From Deltaproteobacteria bacterium (GTDB lineage Bacteria > Myxococcota > Kuafuiibacteriia > Kuafuiibacteriales > Kuafuiibacteriaceae), in assembly GCA_040218735.1 (NCBI GenBank), contig JAVJQW010000036.1, positions 1 through 54,297 on the forward strand: a stretch of DNA of 54,297 bases, in the 5' to 3' direction. Each line of letters starts with the position of its first letter. The stretch's first letter is position 1. Below, one piece after another: positions 46,222 through 54,297 of the stretch. The translations under genes were made by a program, and so were the position numbers. Below the pieces are notes generated by a model. That model was given only the letters and a program-made list of their open reading frames with translations, searched no databases and was not told where the DNA came from.

Positions 46222-48588
46222 ATGAGCCAACGAGTGCAGACCGCCGCCGTCCTCGGTGCGGGCGTTATGGGCACGGGCATCGCCGCCCACCTCGCCGGCG
46301 CCGGCATCAAGGTCCACCTGATGGACATCGTCCCCAAGGACGCGCCGCCCGACGATCCCGCCGCGCGCAACGCGTACGCGGAGGGCGCGCTGAAGAAGGC
46401 GCTGAAGGCCAAGCCCGCCGTCTTCTTCGATCCGGCGCTCACGCGCATGATCACCCCCGGCAACTTCGACGATCACCTCGACCGCCTCGGCGAGTGTGAC
46501 CTGGTCATCGAGGCGATCATCGAGAACCTCGACATCAAGAAGTCGCTCTTCTCGAAGGTCGCGAAGGTCCTGAAGGACGACGCCATCCTCGCGTCGAACA
46601 CCTCGGGCCTGTCGCTCGCCGGCATGGCGGAGGCGCTCCCGGACGACCTGAAGAAGCGCTTCCTCGTTCTGCACTTCTTCAACCCGGTGCGTTACATGCA
46701 CCTGCTCGAGATCGTCGCGGGTGAGCACACGGACCCGGCCGTCGTGGAGCGCTGCGCGGCGCTCGGCGCGCACCTCGGTAAGGGTGTCGTCTACGGCAAG
46801 GACACGCCGAACTTCATCGCGAACCGCATCGGCACCTACGGGCTGATGAAGACGGTCGACCTGATGAAGCAGCACGAGCTGTCGATCGAGGAGGTCGACA
46901 AGATCGTCGGTGTCCCGATGGGCCGCCCGAAGTCGGCGGCGTTCCAGACGGTGGACATCGTCGGCCTCGACACCTTCGCGCACGTCGCGAAGAACTGCTA
47001 CGACAGCCTCACCGAGGACCCGCACCGCGAGGTCTTCGCGCTCCCCGCCTGGATCACGAAGCTGGTCGAGTCGGGTCGCCTGGGCCGCAAGTCGGGCGCC
47101 GGCTTCTACAAGAAGGAAGGCAAGGACATCAAAGTCCTCGACGTCGCGACGGGTGAGTACCGCGAGCAGAAGAAGGTCCGGTACGACTCGATCGGCGCGA
47201 CGCGCAACGAGGAGGACCCGAAGAAGCGCCTGAAGATCATGATCAACGCGGACGACGCGGGCGGGAAGTTCGCGTGGGCCGCGTTTGCGAACACCGTCGC
47301 GTACGCCGCGCAGGTGCTCGACGAGATCGCCGACGACATCGTGCAGGTCGACCGCGCGATGCGCTGGGGCTTCAACTGGGACGTTGGGCCGTTCGAAGCC
47401 TGGGACGCCGTGGGGGTGCCGGACACCGTGAAGCGCATGAAGGAGGACGGCATCGACGTCCCCGCGTGGGTCACGGACATGCTCGAGAGCGGCCGCACTT
47501 CGTTCTACGACGGTGAGCCCGGCGCGGTGACGTACTGGGACAAGGCCAAGAAGTCGGCGCCGCCGATGGACGTCGACGACAAGGCGATCGACCTCGACGC
47601 GATCCGCGCGAACAAGGAGCGCATCGTGGCGCGGAACCTCGGAGCGCACCTCTTGGACATCGGCGACGGCGTCGCGTGCCTCGAGGTGCACACGAAGCTC
47701 AACACGATCGACGACGACGTCACGAACATGCTGAAGACCGCGGTCGAGGAGGCGGAGAAGAACTTCGACGCCCTCGTGATCGGCAACCAGGGCCAGCACT
47801 TCGGCGCGGGCGCGAACCTGATGCTGATCTTCATGGGCGCGCAGCAGCAGCAGTGGGACATGATCGAGGGCGCGGTGAAGACGCTGCAAGACAACTTGCA
47901 GGGCCTCCGCTACGCGAACATCCCGGTCGTCGCGGCACCATTCCAGTACACGTTCGGCGGGTGCGCGGAGATCGCGATGGCGGCCGATGCGTGCCAGGCG
48001 CACGCGGAGACGTACATGGGCCTCGTCGAGGTCGGCGTGGGGCTCATCCCGGCCGGCGGCGGCTGCCTGAGGATGGTCGAGCGCTGGACGGAGGACGTGC
48101 AGGACGTCGACGGCGTCGACCTGCTCCCGTTCCTCGGTCAGGCGTCGTTGAACATCGCGATGGCGAAGGTCGCGACGGGCGGCATGGAGGCGCAGCGCTT
48201 CCGCTTCCTGAAGCCGACGGACGGCATCTCGCTCAACAAGAGCCACCTGCTGTACGACGCGAAGCAGCGCGCGCTCGGCATGGCGCGGGCGGGGTATCGA
48301 AAGCCGATGCCGCGCGCGATCAAAGCCGGCGGCATCGACGCCGCGTACACGGTCGGGATGCGTGTGTGGGGGCTGGTCGAGGGCGGCTACGCCTCGGAGC
48401 ACGACGCCCTGATCGCGAAGAAGGTCGTCCACGTGCTGACCGGCGGCAACGTCGCGGCGGGCACGGAGCTGACCGAGCAGCACTACCTGGATCTGGAGCG
48501 TGAAGCGTTCCTCTCGCTGTGCGGCGAGGAGAAGAGCCAGGCCCGCATGCAGAGCATGCTGATGACGAACAAGCCGCTGAGGAACTGA
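46222..48588 (+). CDS. fadN: 3-hydroxyacyl-CoA dehydrogenase/enoyl-CoA hydratase
   Basis: GAGVMG, SNTSG, HFFNP and GLVEVGVGLIPAGGG motifs; ends KPLRN. Confidence 0.93.
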   Translation: MSQRVQTAAVLGAGVMGTGIAAHLAGAGIKVHLMDIVPKDAPPDDPAARNAYAEGALKKALKAKPAVFFDPALTRMITPGNFDDHLDRLGECDLVIEAIIENLDIKKSLFSKVAKVLKDDAILASNTSGLSLAGMAEALPDDLKKRFLVLHFFNPVRYMHLLEIVAGEHTDPAVVERCAALGAHLGKGVVYGKDTPNFIANRIGTYGLMKTVDLMKQHELSIEEVDKIVGVPMGRPKSAAFQTVDIVGLDTFAHVAKNCYDSLTEDPHREVFALPAWITKLVESGRLGRKSGAGFYKKEGKDIKVLDVATGEYREQKKVRYDSIGATRNEEDPKKRLKIMINADDAGGKFAWAAFANTVAYAAQVLDEIADDIVQVDRAMRWGFNWDVGPFEAWDAVGVPDTVKRMKEDGIDVPAWVTDMLESGRTSFYDGEPGAVTYWDKAKKSAPPMDVDDKAIDLDAIRANKERIVARNLGAHLLDIGDGVACLEVHTKLNTIDDDVTNMLKTAVEEAEKNFDALVIGNQGQHFGAGANLMLIFMGAQQQQWDMIEGAVKTLQDNLQGLRYANIPVVAAPFQYTFGGCAEIAMAADACQAHAETYMGLVEVGVGLIPAGGGCLRMVERWTEDVQDVDGVDLLPFLGQASLNIAMAKVATGGMEAQRFRFLKPTDGISLNKSHLLYDAKQRALGMARAGYRKPMPRAIKAGGIDAAYTVGMRVWGLVEGGYASEHDALIAKKVVHVLTGGNVAAGTELTEQHYLDLEREAFLSLCGEEKSQARMQSMLMTNKPLRN

Positions 48589-48597
48589 GGAGACACC

Positions 48598-49767
48598 ATG
48601 GCATTTCCAATGAACGTAGTGGTGGCGAGCGCCTGTCGAACCGCGGTGGGCCGCGCCGGCAAGGGCACGTTGCGCAACACCCGCCCGGACGACCTCGCGG
48701 CGATCGCGATGAACGGCGCGCTCGAGCGCGTGCCGGGGCTGCAGCCCAAGGACGTAAACGACGTCGTCCTCGGCTGCGCGATGCCCGAGGGAGAGCAGGG
48801 GCTGAACGTCGCGCGCAACGCGGTGTTCATCGCCGACTGGCCGGACTCCGTCACGGGTGAGACGATCAACCGGTTCTGCTCGTCGGGCCTGCAGGCGATC
48901 GCGCACGGCGCGATGGCGATTCACGCCGGCCTCAACGACGTGGTCGTGGCCGGCGGCGTCGAGTCGATGTCGATGGTGCCGATGACCGGCAACAAGGTCA
49001 GCCTCAACGCGGATCTCGTGGCGCGGCGACCCGAGTCGTACATCGGGATGGGGCACACGGCGGAGCGAGTCGCGAAGGAGTTCGAGATCTCGCGTGAGCG
49101 TCAGGACCAGTTCGCGTTCCGCTCGCACCAAAAGGCGCTCGAGGCGATCGAGGCCGGGCGCTTCAAGGACGAGATCGTCCCGGTGCCGGCGCGGGTGTTC
49201 AAGGACGGTCAGGTCGAGCACGTGACGTTCGACGTCGACGAGTGCCCGCGCGCGGACACGACGCTGGAGGCGCTGTCGAAGCTCCGCCCGGTGTTCGCCG
49301 CGAAGGGCACGGTCACGGCCGGCAACGCGTCGCCGATGAACGACGGCGCGGCGGCGGCGGTGCTGCTCTCCGACGCAAAGGCGAAGGCGCTCGACGTCAC
49401 GCCGCTCGGGCGCTTCCGTGCGTTCACCGTGCAGGGCGTCCCGCCGGGCATCATGGGCATCGGCCCGGTGCCGGCGATCCGTGCGCTGCTGCAGATGGTC
49501 GACCTGAAGATCGACGACATCGACCTGTTCGAGATCAACGAGGCGTTTGCTTCGCAGGCGTCGTACTGCCAGCAGGAGCTCGGCATCGCGGACGACAAGA
49601 TCAACGTGAACGGCGGCGGCATCGCGCTCGGCCACCCGTTGGGCTGCACCGGCGCGAAGCTCTCCGCGACGCTCCTGCACGAGCTGAAGCGGCGCGGCGG
49701 TAAGTACGGGATCGTCTCGATGTGCATCGGCGGCGGCATGGGCGCGGCCGGCCTCTTCGAGATCTGA
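48598..49767 (+). CDS. fadA: Acetyl-CoA C-acyltransferase (thiolase)
   Basis: NRFCSSG, NEAFA, GHPLG and CIGGGMG motifs. Confidence 0.95.
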   Translation: MAFPMNVVVASACRTAVGRAGKGTLRNTRPDDLAAIAMNGALERVPGLQPKDVNDVVLGCAMPEGEQGLNVARNAVFIADWPDSVTGETINRFCSSGLQAIAHGAMAIHAGLNDVVVAGGVESMSMVPMTGNKVSLNADLVARRPESYIGMGHTAERVAKEFEISRERQDQFAFRSHQKALEAIEAGRFKDEIVPVPARVFKDGQVEHVTFDVDECPRADTTLEALSKLRPVFAAKGTVTAGNASPMNDGAAAAVLLSDAKAKALDVTPLGRFRAFTVQGVPPGIMGIGPVPAIRALLQMVDLKIDDIDLFEINEAFASQASYCQQELGIADDKINVNGGGIALGHPLGCTGAKLSATLLHELKRRGGKYGIVSMCIGGGMGAAGLFEI

Positions 49768-49818
49768 GGCGGAGCCCGACCGCCCCTGTCGGCTCTAGGC
49801 TGTAGGCTGCGGGCTCGG

Positions 49819-50337
49819 ATGACCTGGATCTTCGGCTACGGCTCGTTGGTGTGGCGGCCCGCGTTCCCGTTCGTGGAGCGCGTGCCCGGCCACATCACTG
49901 GGTACGTGCGCCGCTTCTACCAGGGCTCCACGGATCACCGCGGCGTGCCCGGCGCGCCCGGGCGGGTGGTGACGTTGCTCCCGGCTCCGGACGACGTCGT
50001 CACCGGCGTCGCGTACCGCGTCGACCCCGCGCACGAAGACGCCGTCCTCGCGAAGCTCGACCACCGCGAAAAGGGCGGCTACGAGCGGCGCGTCGTCGAG
50101 ATGTTGCGCGCGGACGGCGATCCGATCGACGTGCTGCTGTACGTCGCGACCGAGGACAACGACAACTACCTCGGCCCCGCGTCAATCGATGTGATCGCCG
50201 AGCAGGTGCGCGGGTCCGTCGGTCCCAGCGGCCCGAACGTCGAGTTCGTCTTGGAGCTCGCGCGCGCGCTCCGCGCGCTCGGCTTCGACGACCCGCACGT
50301 GTTCGAGCTCGCGGCCGCGGTCGAGTCGGGGCGGTGA
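49819..50337 (+). CDS. chaC: ChaC family gamma-glutamylcyclotransferase
   Basis: WIFGYGSLVW, HRGVPGAPGRVVTL, REKGGY and GPSGPN motifs. Confidence 0.92.
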   Translation: MTWIFGYGSLVWRPAFPFVERVPGHITGYVRRFYQGSTDHRGVPGAPGRVVTLLPAPDDVVTGVAYRVDPAHEDAVLAKLDHREKGGYERRVVEMLRADGDPIDVLLYVATEDNDNYLGPASIDVIAEQVRGSVGPSGPNVEFVLELARALRALGFDDPHVFELAAAVESGR

Positions 50338-50786
50338 TGGCGGAGGTTCGGCCCGGCGACGCCCTCCTCCACCCCGTGCCGCTCGCGGCGATCGGTGTGC
50401 TGCTCCTGAACGACCACGTGCTCAAGGCGGCCTACCCGGGGTTCGTCACCGGAAAGCTCTCCGACGTCGCGGGGCTCGTGTTCTTCCCGCTCTTCCTCGT
50501 CTCCGCATTCGAGGTGGTGGAGGCGCGCTTCGGCGCGCGCTGGCGGCCGAAGCGAGCGGTGCTCCTCGCCGCGGTGGTCGCGACCGCCACGGTGTTCGCG
50601 CTGGTGCAGATCTGGGCGCCCGCGACGTGGCTGTACCGGTTCGGCCTGGGGGCGCTGCAGTGGCCGTTCGTCGCCGTCGCGGGCGGCGCGTTTCGGCCGG
50701 TGGTCGTGATGGCGGACCCCACGGATCTGGTGACGGTGCCGGCGGTGCTCGTGGCCTGGTGGATCGGACGGCGCCGCACGGCGTAG
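50337..50786 (+). CDS. Conserved membrane protein
   Basis: LLLNDHVLK...TGKLSDVAGL...DPTDL; TGATG overlap with chaC. Confidence 0.75.
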   Translation: MAEVRPGDALLHPVPLAAIGVLLLNDHVLKAAYPGFVTGKLSDVAGLVFFPLFLVSAFEVVEARFGARWRPKRAVLLAAVVATATVFALVQIWAPATWLYRFGLGALQWPFVAVAGGAFRPVVVMADPTDLVTVPAVLVAWWIGRRRTA

Positions 50787-50795
50787 GGTGGTCGC

Positions 50796-51746
50796 GTGAC
50801 GAACGTCGCGCCGACGATCCGACGCCTCGTCCTCGGCGCCGTGCTCTTGGCGCTCGGGGCGCTCGGGTGGTGGTTCCAAGCGACGCCCGAGCGTCGCGCA
50901 CCGGCGCGTCCCACGGCGCAGGCACCGCGTGTTGTGAAGGCGCCGAAGCCGCGCGCCAAGACCGGCCTCCGTATCGAGCGCCCCAACGCCACGTTCATCG
51001 TCGAAGCGGACCCGGCGAACGGCCCGCGGCTCGTCGTTCGTGTGCTCGGGAGCGACGGGGCCCCCATCGAAGGCGCCGAGGTCACTTCGGCCCCGCTCGG
51101 GCTCTTCGATCACACCGACGATCGCGGCCTCCTGCTCATCGGTTGGCCGCCCGGAACGTACACGATACACGTGTCGGCCGCCGGCCACGGCCGCGTCCGT
51201 CGAACGGTCGAGGCGCCCGGCATCGTCGACGTCGCGCTCCACCCCGAGGCGACGATCTCGGGCGAGGTCGTCGACCAGCGCGGCCTGTTCCCCGGCACCG
51301 ACGGCAGCATCCACGCCATCCTCTCCGCGGAGGATCGGGGGAGCGCCAACGTCTCGGACGATGGGCGCTTCACGATCGACCGACTCGCACCGGGCGCCTA
51401 CGAGCTCACCGCGGACGGGGTCGGCTGGTTCGGGAGGCTCGAAGCGCCGGTCGTGGTCGAGGCGGGCCAGCACGTCACCGGCGTGCAGCTCGTGGTCCGG
51501 TCCGTCACGTTGGTCTCGGCGCGGCTCGTCCAAGCCGACGGCGCGCCGTGCGCCGACGGGGAGGTCGAGCTGTCGCGCGCGGGCTCCGACTTGCGCTGGA
51601 GCATCTGGATCCACGACGGCCGCGGGAAGGCGGAGGTGCCGCCCGGGACCTACGCGGCCGCTGCGGTCTGCCAGGAGCGCACCGTCGTCGGCCCGCCTCA
51701 GAAGATCGACGGCACCGAAGCCACGATCGCCCTCACCCTCCGGTGA
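50796..51746 (+). CDS. Carboxypeptidase-regulatory-like repeat protein
   Basis: N-terminal anchor; repeated GAPIEGAEV, PGTYTI and PGAYEL Ig-like units. Confidence 0.72.
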   Translation: MTNVAPTIRRLVLGAVLLALGALGWWFQATPERRAPARPTAQAPRVVKAPKPRAKTGLRIERPNATFIVEADPANGPRLVVRVLGSDGAPIEGAEVTSAPLGLFDHTDDRGLLLIGWPPGTYTIHVSAAGHGRVRRTVEAPGIVDVALHPEATISGEVVDQRGLFPGTDGSIHAILSAEDRGSANVSDDGRFTIDRLAPGAYELTADGVGWFGRLEAPVVVEAGQHVTGVQLVVRSVTLVSARLVQADGAPCADGEVELSRAGSDLRWSIWIHDGRGKAEVPPGTYAAAAVCQERTVVGPPQKIDGTEATIALTLR

Positions 51747-52011
51747 CACCTTCGTCACGCACGCGAGGGTTGCGCATCGCGTACGCCGTCGGGCAGTCTC
51801 CTGTCCGAATGGCCGTTCGACTCCGTTAACGTCGTCCGCGCTCCGGCCCCTCGCCGCCGGTGACGCCGAGACGATCCGCTGTCCCCCGAACGACAGCCCG
51901 CGCTTCGGCGCTGGTGTGCGTCCGCGCTTCGGCTCGGACCAGGAGTCCGCATCATGTCCGTTGAAACCCAACCTCCCGTCGAGCGCCCTACCGGCCCGCG
52001 CGTTCGTCACG

Positions 52012-53370
52012 ATGATCCGCGACGGCCTCGCGGGCGAGGACGAAAACCTCGCCCAGGGCCCCCTCCCCCGCGCCATCCCGCTCCTCGCGATCCCCATGGT
52101 GCTCGAGATGGCGATGGAGTCGCTGTTCGCCATCTGCGACGTGTTCTTCGTCGCCAAGCTCGGCGCTGCCTCGGTGGCGGCCGTCGGGCTCACCGAGTCA
52201 CTCGTCGCGCTCGTCTACGCGGTCGCGTTCGGGCTCGCGATGCCCACCGGCGCGATGGTCGCGCGGCGCATCGGCGAGGACGACAAGGACGGCGCCTCCG
52301 TCGCCGCCAGCCAGGCGGTGTGGCTCGCGATCTTCGTCGGCCTCCTCCTCGCGACCTCGGCGTACTTCGGGCCGGAGCTGCTGACGCTCATGGGCGCGGA
52401 CCGCGACGTGCTGGAGGTCGGCGTCGGCTTCACCACGCTCACGCTCCTCAGCGCGCCGATCGTCACGCTGATTTTCGTGCAGGGTGCGGTGTTCCGCGGC
52501 GCGGGCGACGCGACGCGGGCGATGCGCGCGGTGTGGCTCGCCAACGGCATCAACCTCGTCCTCGACCCCTGCCTAATCTTCGGCCTCGGCCCGTTCCCCG
52601 AGCTCGGCGTCACGGGCGCGGCGCTCGCGACGCTGATCGGTCGGGGCATCGGCGTCGCGTATCAGTTCGCGCACCTGTGGCGGGGACCGCTCGTCGAGAT
52701 CGCGAAGCACTGGCGCTTCGACGTGAAGGTCGCGTCGCAGATCGGGCGCCTGTCGATCGGCGGGACGGTCCAGCACCTCGTCGAAACGGGGAGCTGGGTC
52801 GCGATGGTGCGCATCGTCGCCGAGCTCGGAAGCGTCGCCGTCGCGGCCTACACGATCACGACGCGCCTCATCATGTTCTTCCTGATGCCGGCGTGGGGCT
52901 TCTCGAACGCGACGGCGACGCTCGTCGGGCAGAGCCTCGGCGCGAAGGATCCGAAGCGCGCGGAACGTGCGGTCTGGCTCTCCGGCGCGTACGCCTCGCC
53001 GTTCCTGTTCGTGGTCACGGTGTTCTTCCTGGCGATCCCGGAGCGCGTCGCGGGGTGGTTCTCGTCGGAGCCGGACGTCGTGGCGATCGCGGGCGCGGGC
53101 CTGTTCGTCGTCGCGTTCGGCTACGTCTTCTACGGGTGGCAGATGGTGACGCAGCAGGCGTTCAACGGCGCCGGCGACACGAAGACCCCCGCGTGGATCA
53201 ACGTGGGCTGCTTCTGGGGCCTACAGATCCCGCTCGCGTACCTGCTCGCGCACCCGGCCGGGTACGGCACGGTGGGGATCTTCGCGTCGGCCGCGATCAG
53301 CTACACGGTCGCGGCGGGCGTAGGCGTGATGTTGGTGAGGCGGGGTCGCTGGAAGGCGACGGTCGTCTAG
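52012..53370 (+). CDS. MATE family efflux transporter
   Basis: LAIPMVLEM, FRGAGDA, NLVLDP.LIFG, GAALAT and FNGAGDT motifs; start may involve a frameshift (see findings). Confidence 0.93.
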   Translation: MIRDGLAGEDENLAQGPLPRAIPLLAIPMVLEMAMESLFAICDVFFVAKLGAASVAAVGLTESLVALVYAVAFGLAMPTGAMVARRIGEDDKDGASVAASQAVWLAIFVGLLLATSAYFGPELLTLMGADRDVLEVGVGFTTLTLLSAPIVTLIFVQGAVFRGAGDATRAMRAVWLANGINLVLDPCLIFGLGPFPELGVTGAALATLIGRGIGVAYQFAHLWRGPLVEIAKHWRFDVKVASQIGRLSIGGTVQHLVETGSWVAMVRIVAELGSVAVAAYTITTRLIMFFLMPAWGFSNATATLVGQSLGAKDPKRAERAVWLSGAYASPFLFVVTVFFLAIPERVAGWFSSEPDVVAIAGAGLFVVAFGYVFYGWQMVTQQAFNGAGDTKTPAWINVGCFWGLQIPLAYLLAHPAGYGTVGIFASAAISYTVAAGVGVMLVRRGRWKATVV

Positions 53371-53384
53371 ACGTGGTCTAGACG
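53365..53384. repeat. GTCTAGACG direct duplication (11-bp period) at the element boundary
   Basis: Copies at 53365-53373 and 53376-53384; the first contains the MATE TAG stop. Confidence 0.85.
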
Positions 53385-53387
53385 GAG

Positions 53388-53622
53388 GCCGTTCACTTAG
53401 CGGACAGGCCTGCCTCGAGCACCGATCAGGCGGCAATAGGCCCCTCGACGTAGGGCAGCGCGCCGACGCCGCGGAGCGACTCGTCCCTCGGCCGCCGTTT
53501 CGCCGGGCTGGTGAAGGCGGGGGCCCGCGGAGCGCAGTGCTCCGAAGGAGGGCCGCACTCTCGAGCACCGGCTGGTATCGGTCTCACGAACTGCCCTCCG
53601 CGCGTGCCGGCGTCGTCGGATG
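53388..53622 (-). ncRNA. Putative structured RNA or cis element, right copy
   Basis: Gap-free homolog of 539..773 with the same predicted stems. Confidence 0.45.
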
Positions 53623-54297
53623 CCCTTCACGCCGAGGACGCTCGGGACACACGTCTTGCCTGGGCAGGGTAGAGCGGCGCTCGTGGATCCTCCGATCGAC
53701 GAGGGCGCGACCCAACACCTCCCGCGCCGCGTGAAGGTTGTGCGCGCGACACAGTAATCGCAGCTCGCCGACTACGCTCTTGGCCCCCAGCGCGCGGCCG
53801 CCCACGTGATCGAATTCGAGGTTCGACCGTTCGCTGCATCGCCGACCTTCCGGGCTCACGTAGGTGCACTGCGCGCCGTCGCGCTCCACCACCGCGCGGC
53901 GCGTTGCCGCCGGGACGTACGCTGCGCCCGCCGGCGCATCCTCGGCGGGTTTCGATCGCGGACGGCTCGTCTTTCCGTTCTTCCTCCTCTCCAGCTTCTC
54001 CACGTAGAGCGCGAGCGCCGCTTCGAAGATCTCCCCGATGTCCGTCCCGGGTGGGGTGAGCTCCTTGGCTCGATCCAACAGCGCCTTGGCTTCGGCGCTC
54101 CCGTCGAAGTGAAAAGCGAACGTGTCGGGCGTCGCCGCCTCGACGCGATCGTCACTGCTCTTCGCGCCGGGGAACTCGGTGGCGATGAGCATCTCGACCT
54201 CGGCCTTGGACTTGTTCCGCGCCTGCTCGACGAGGCTGTGGGCGTTGTCGTCGTTCATGAACTTCGAGAGCTTCGCGACGCCCGTCATGTGCAGCTC
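53584..54297 (-). CDS. HNH endonuclease-domain protein, N-terminally truncated by the window edge
   Basis: Frame is open to the end (ELHMTGVAKL...ARNKSKAEVEMLIA), followed by the same HNH domain as the left copy. Confidence 0.88.
   Translation of the reverse strand, partial: ELHMTGVAKLSKFMNDDNAHSLVEQARNKSKAEVEMLIATEFPGAKSSDDRVEAATPDTFAFHFDGSAEAKALLDRAKELTPPGTDIGEIFEAALALYVEKLERRKNGKTSRPRSKPAEDAPAGAAYVPAATRRAVVERDGAQCTYVSPEGRRCSERSNLEFDHVGGRALGAKSVVGELRLLCRAHNLHAAREVLGRALVDRRIHERRSTLPRQDVCPERPRREGHPTTPARAEGSS

Larger units (their letters stand above)
53388..54297 (-). mobile_element. Right copy of the repeated HNH element
   Basis: Inverted homolog of 1..773. Confidence 0.7.

Noticed and set aside
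46144-49680. 1178-aa antisense ORF (and similar long overlapping ORFs)
   Set aside because: Shadow frames of real high-GC genes (here fadN/fadA); no recognisable motifs.
774-53387. Composite transposon or genomic island between the inverted copies
   Set aside because: The cargo is ordinary chromosomal genes, there is no transposase or integrase, the copies are diverged, and the outer ends are not visible.

Overview
High-GC window that looks like a Myxococcota (myxobacterial) chromosome segment: Ser/Thr kinases, three ECF sigma factors, a MYXO-CTERM protein, Cys-rich lipoproteins and TIGR02147. Both ends run into inverted, gap-free, diverged copies of one element (1..773 matches 54160..53388). 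Each copy has a 5'-truncated HNH-nuclease gene followed by about 200-230 nt of conserved sequence that folds into consecutive stem-loops. Each ends at short TAG/CTAG-bounded repeats, the last CTAG being the stop codon of a convergent host gene. This HNH plus structured 3' element is the best candidate for an undescribed mobile or RNA-associated system. The ~52.6 kb between the copies is mostly ordinary genes (UvrD/Rep, RlmN-like, ABC-F, FadN/FadA, Na/Pi transporter, MATE). It also holds several unusual loci: a Skp/porin/LysM-14-heme cytochrome operon, a nuclease/Cys-Asp-repeat lipoprotein/porin operon, an orphan protein with a T3SS-filament-like C-terminus, and an anti-sigma/kinase fusion. All calls are by eye from motifs; no database searches were run, and start codons are estimates.
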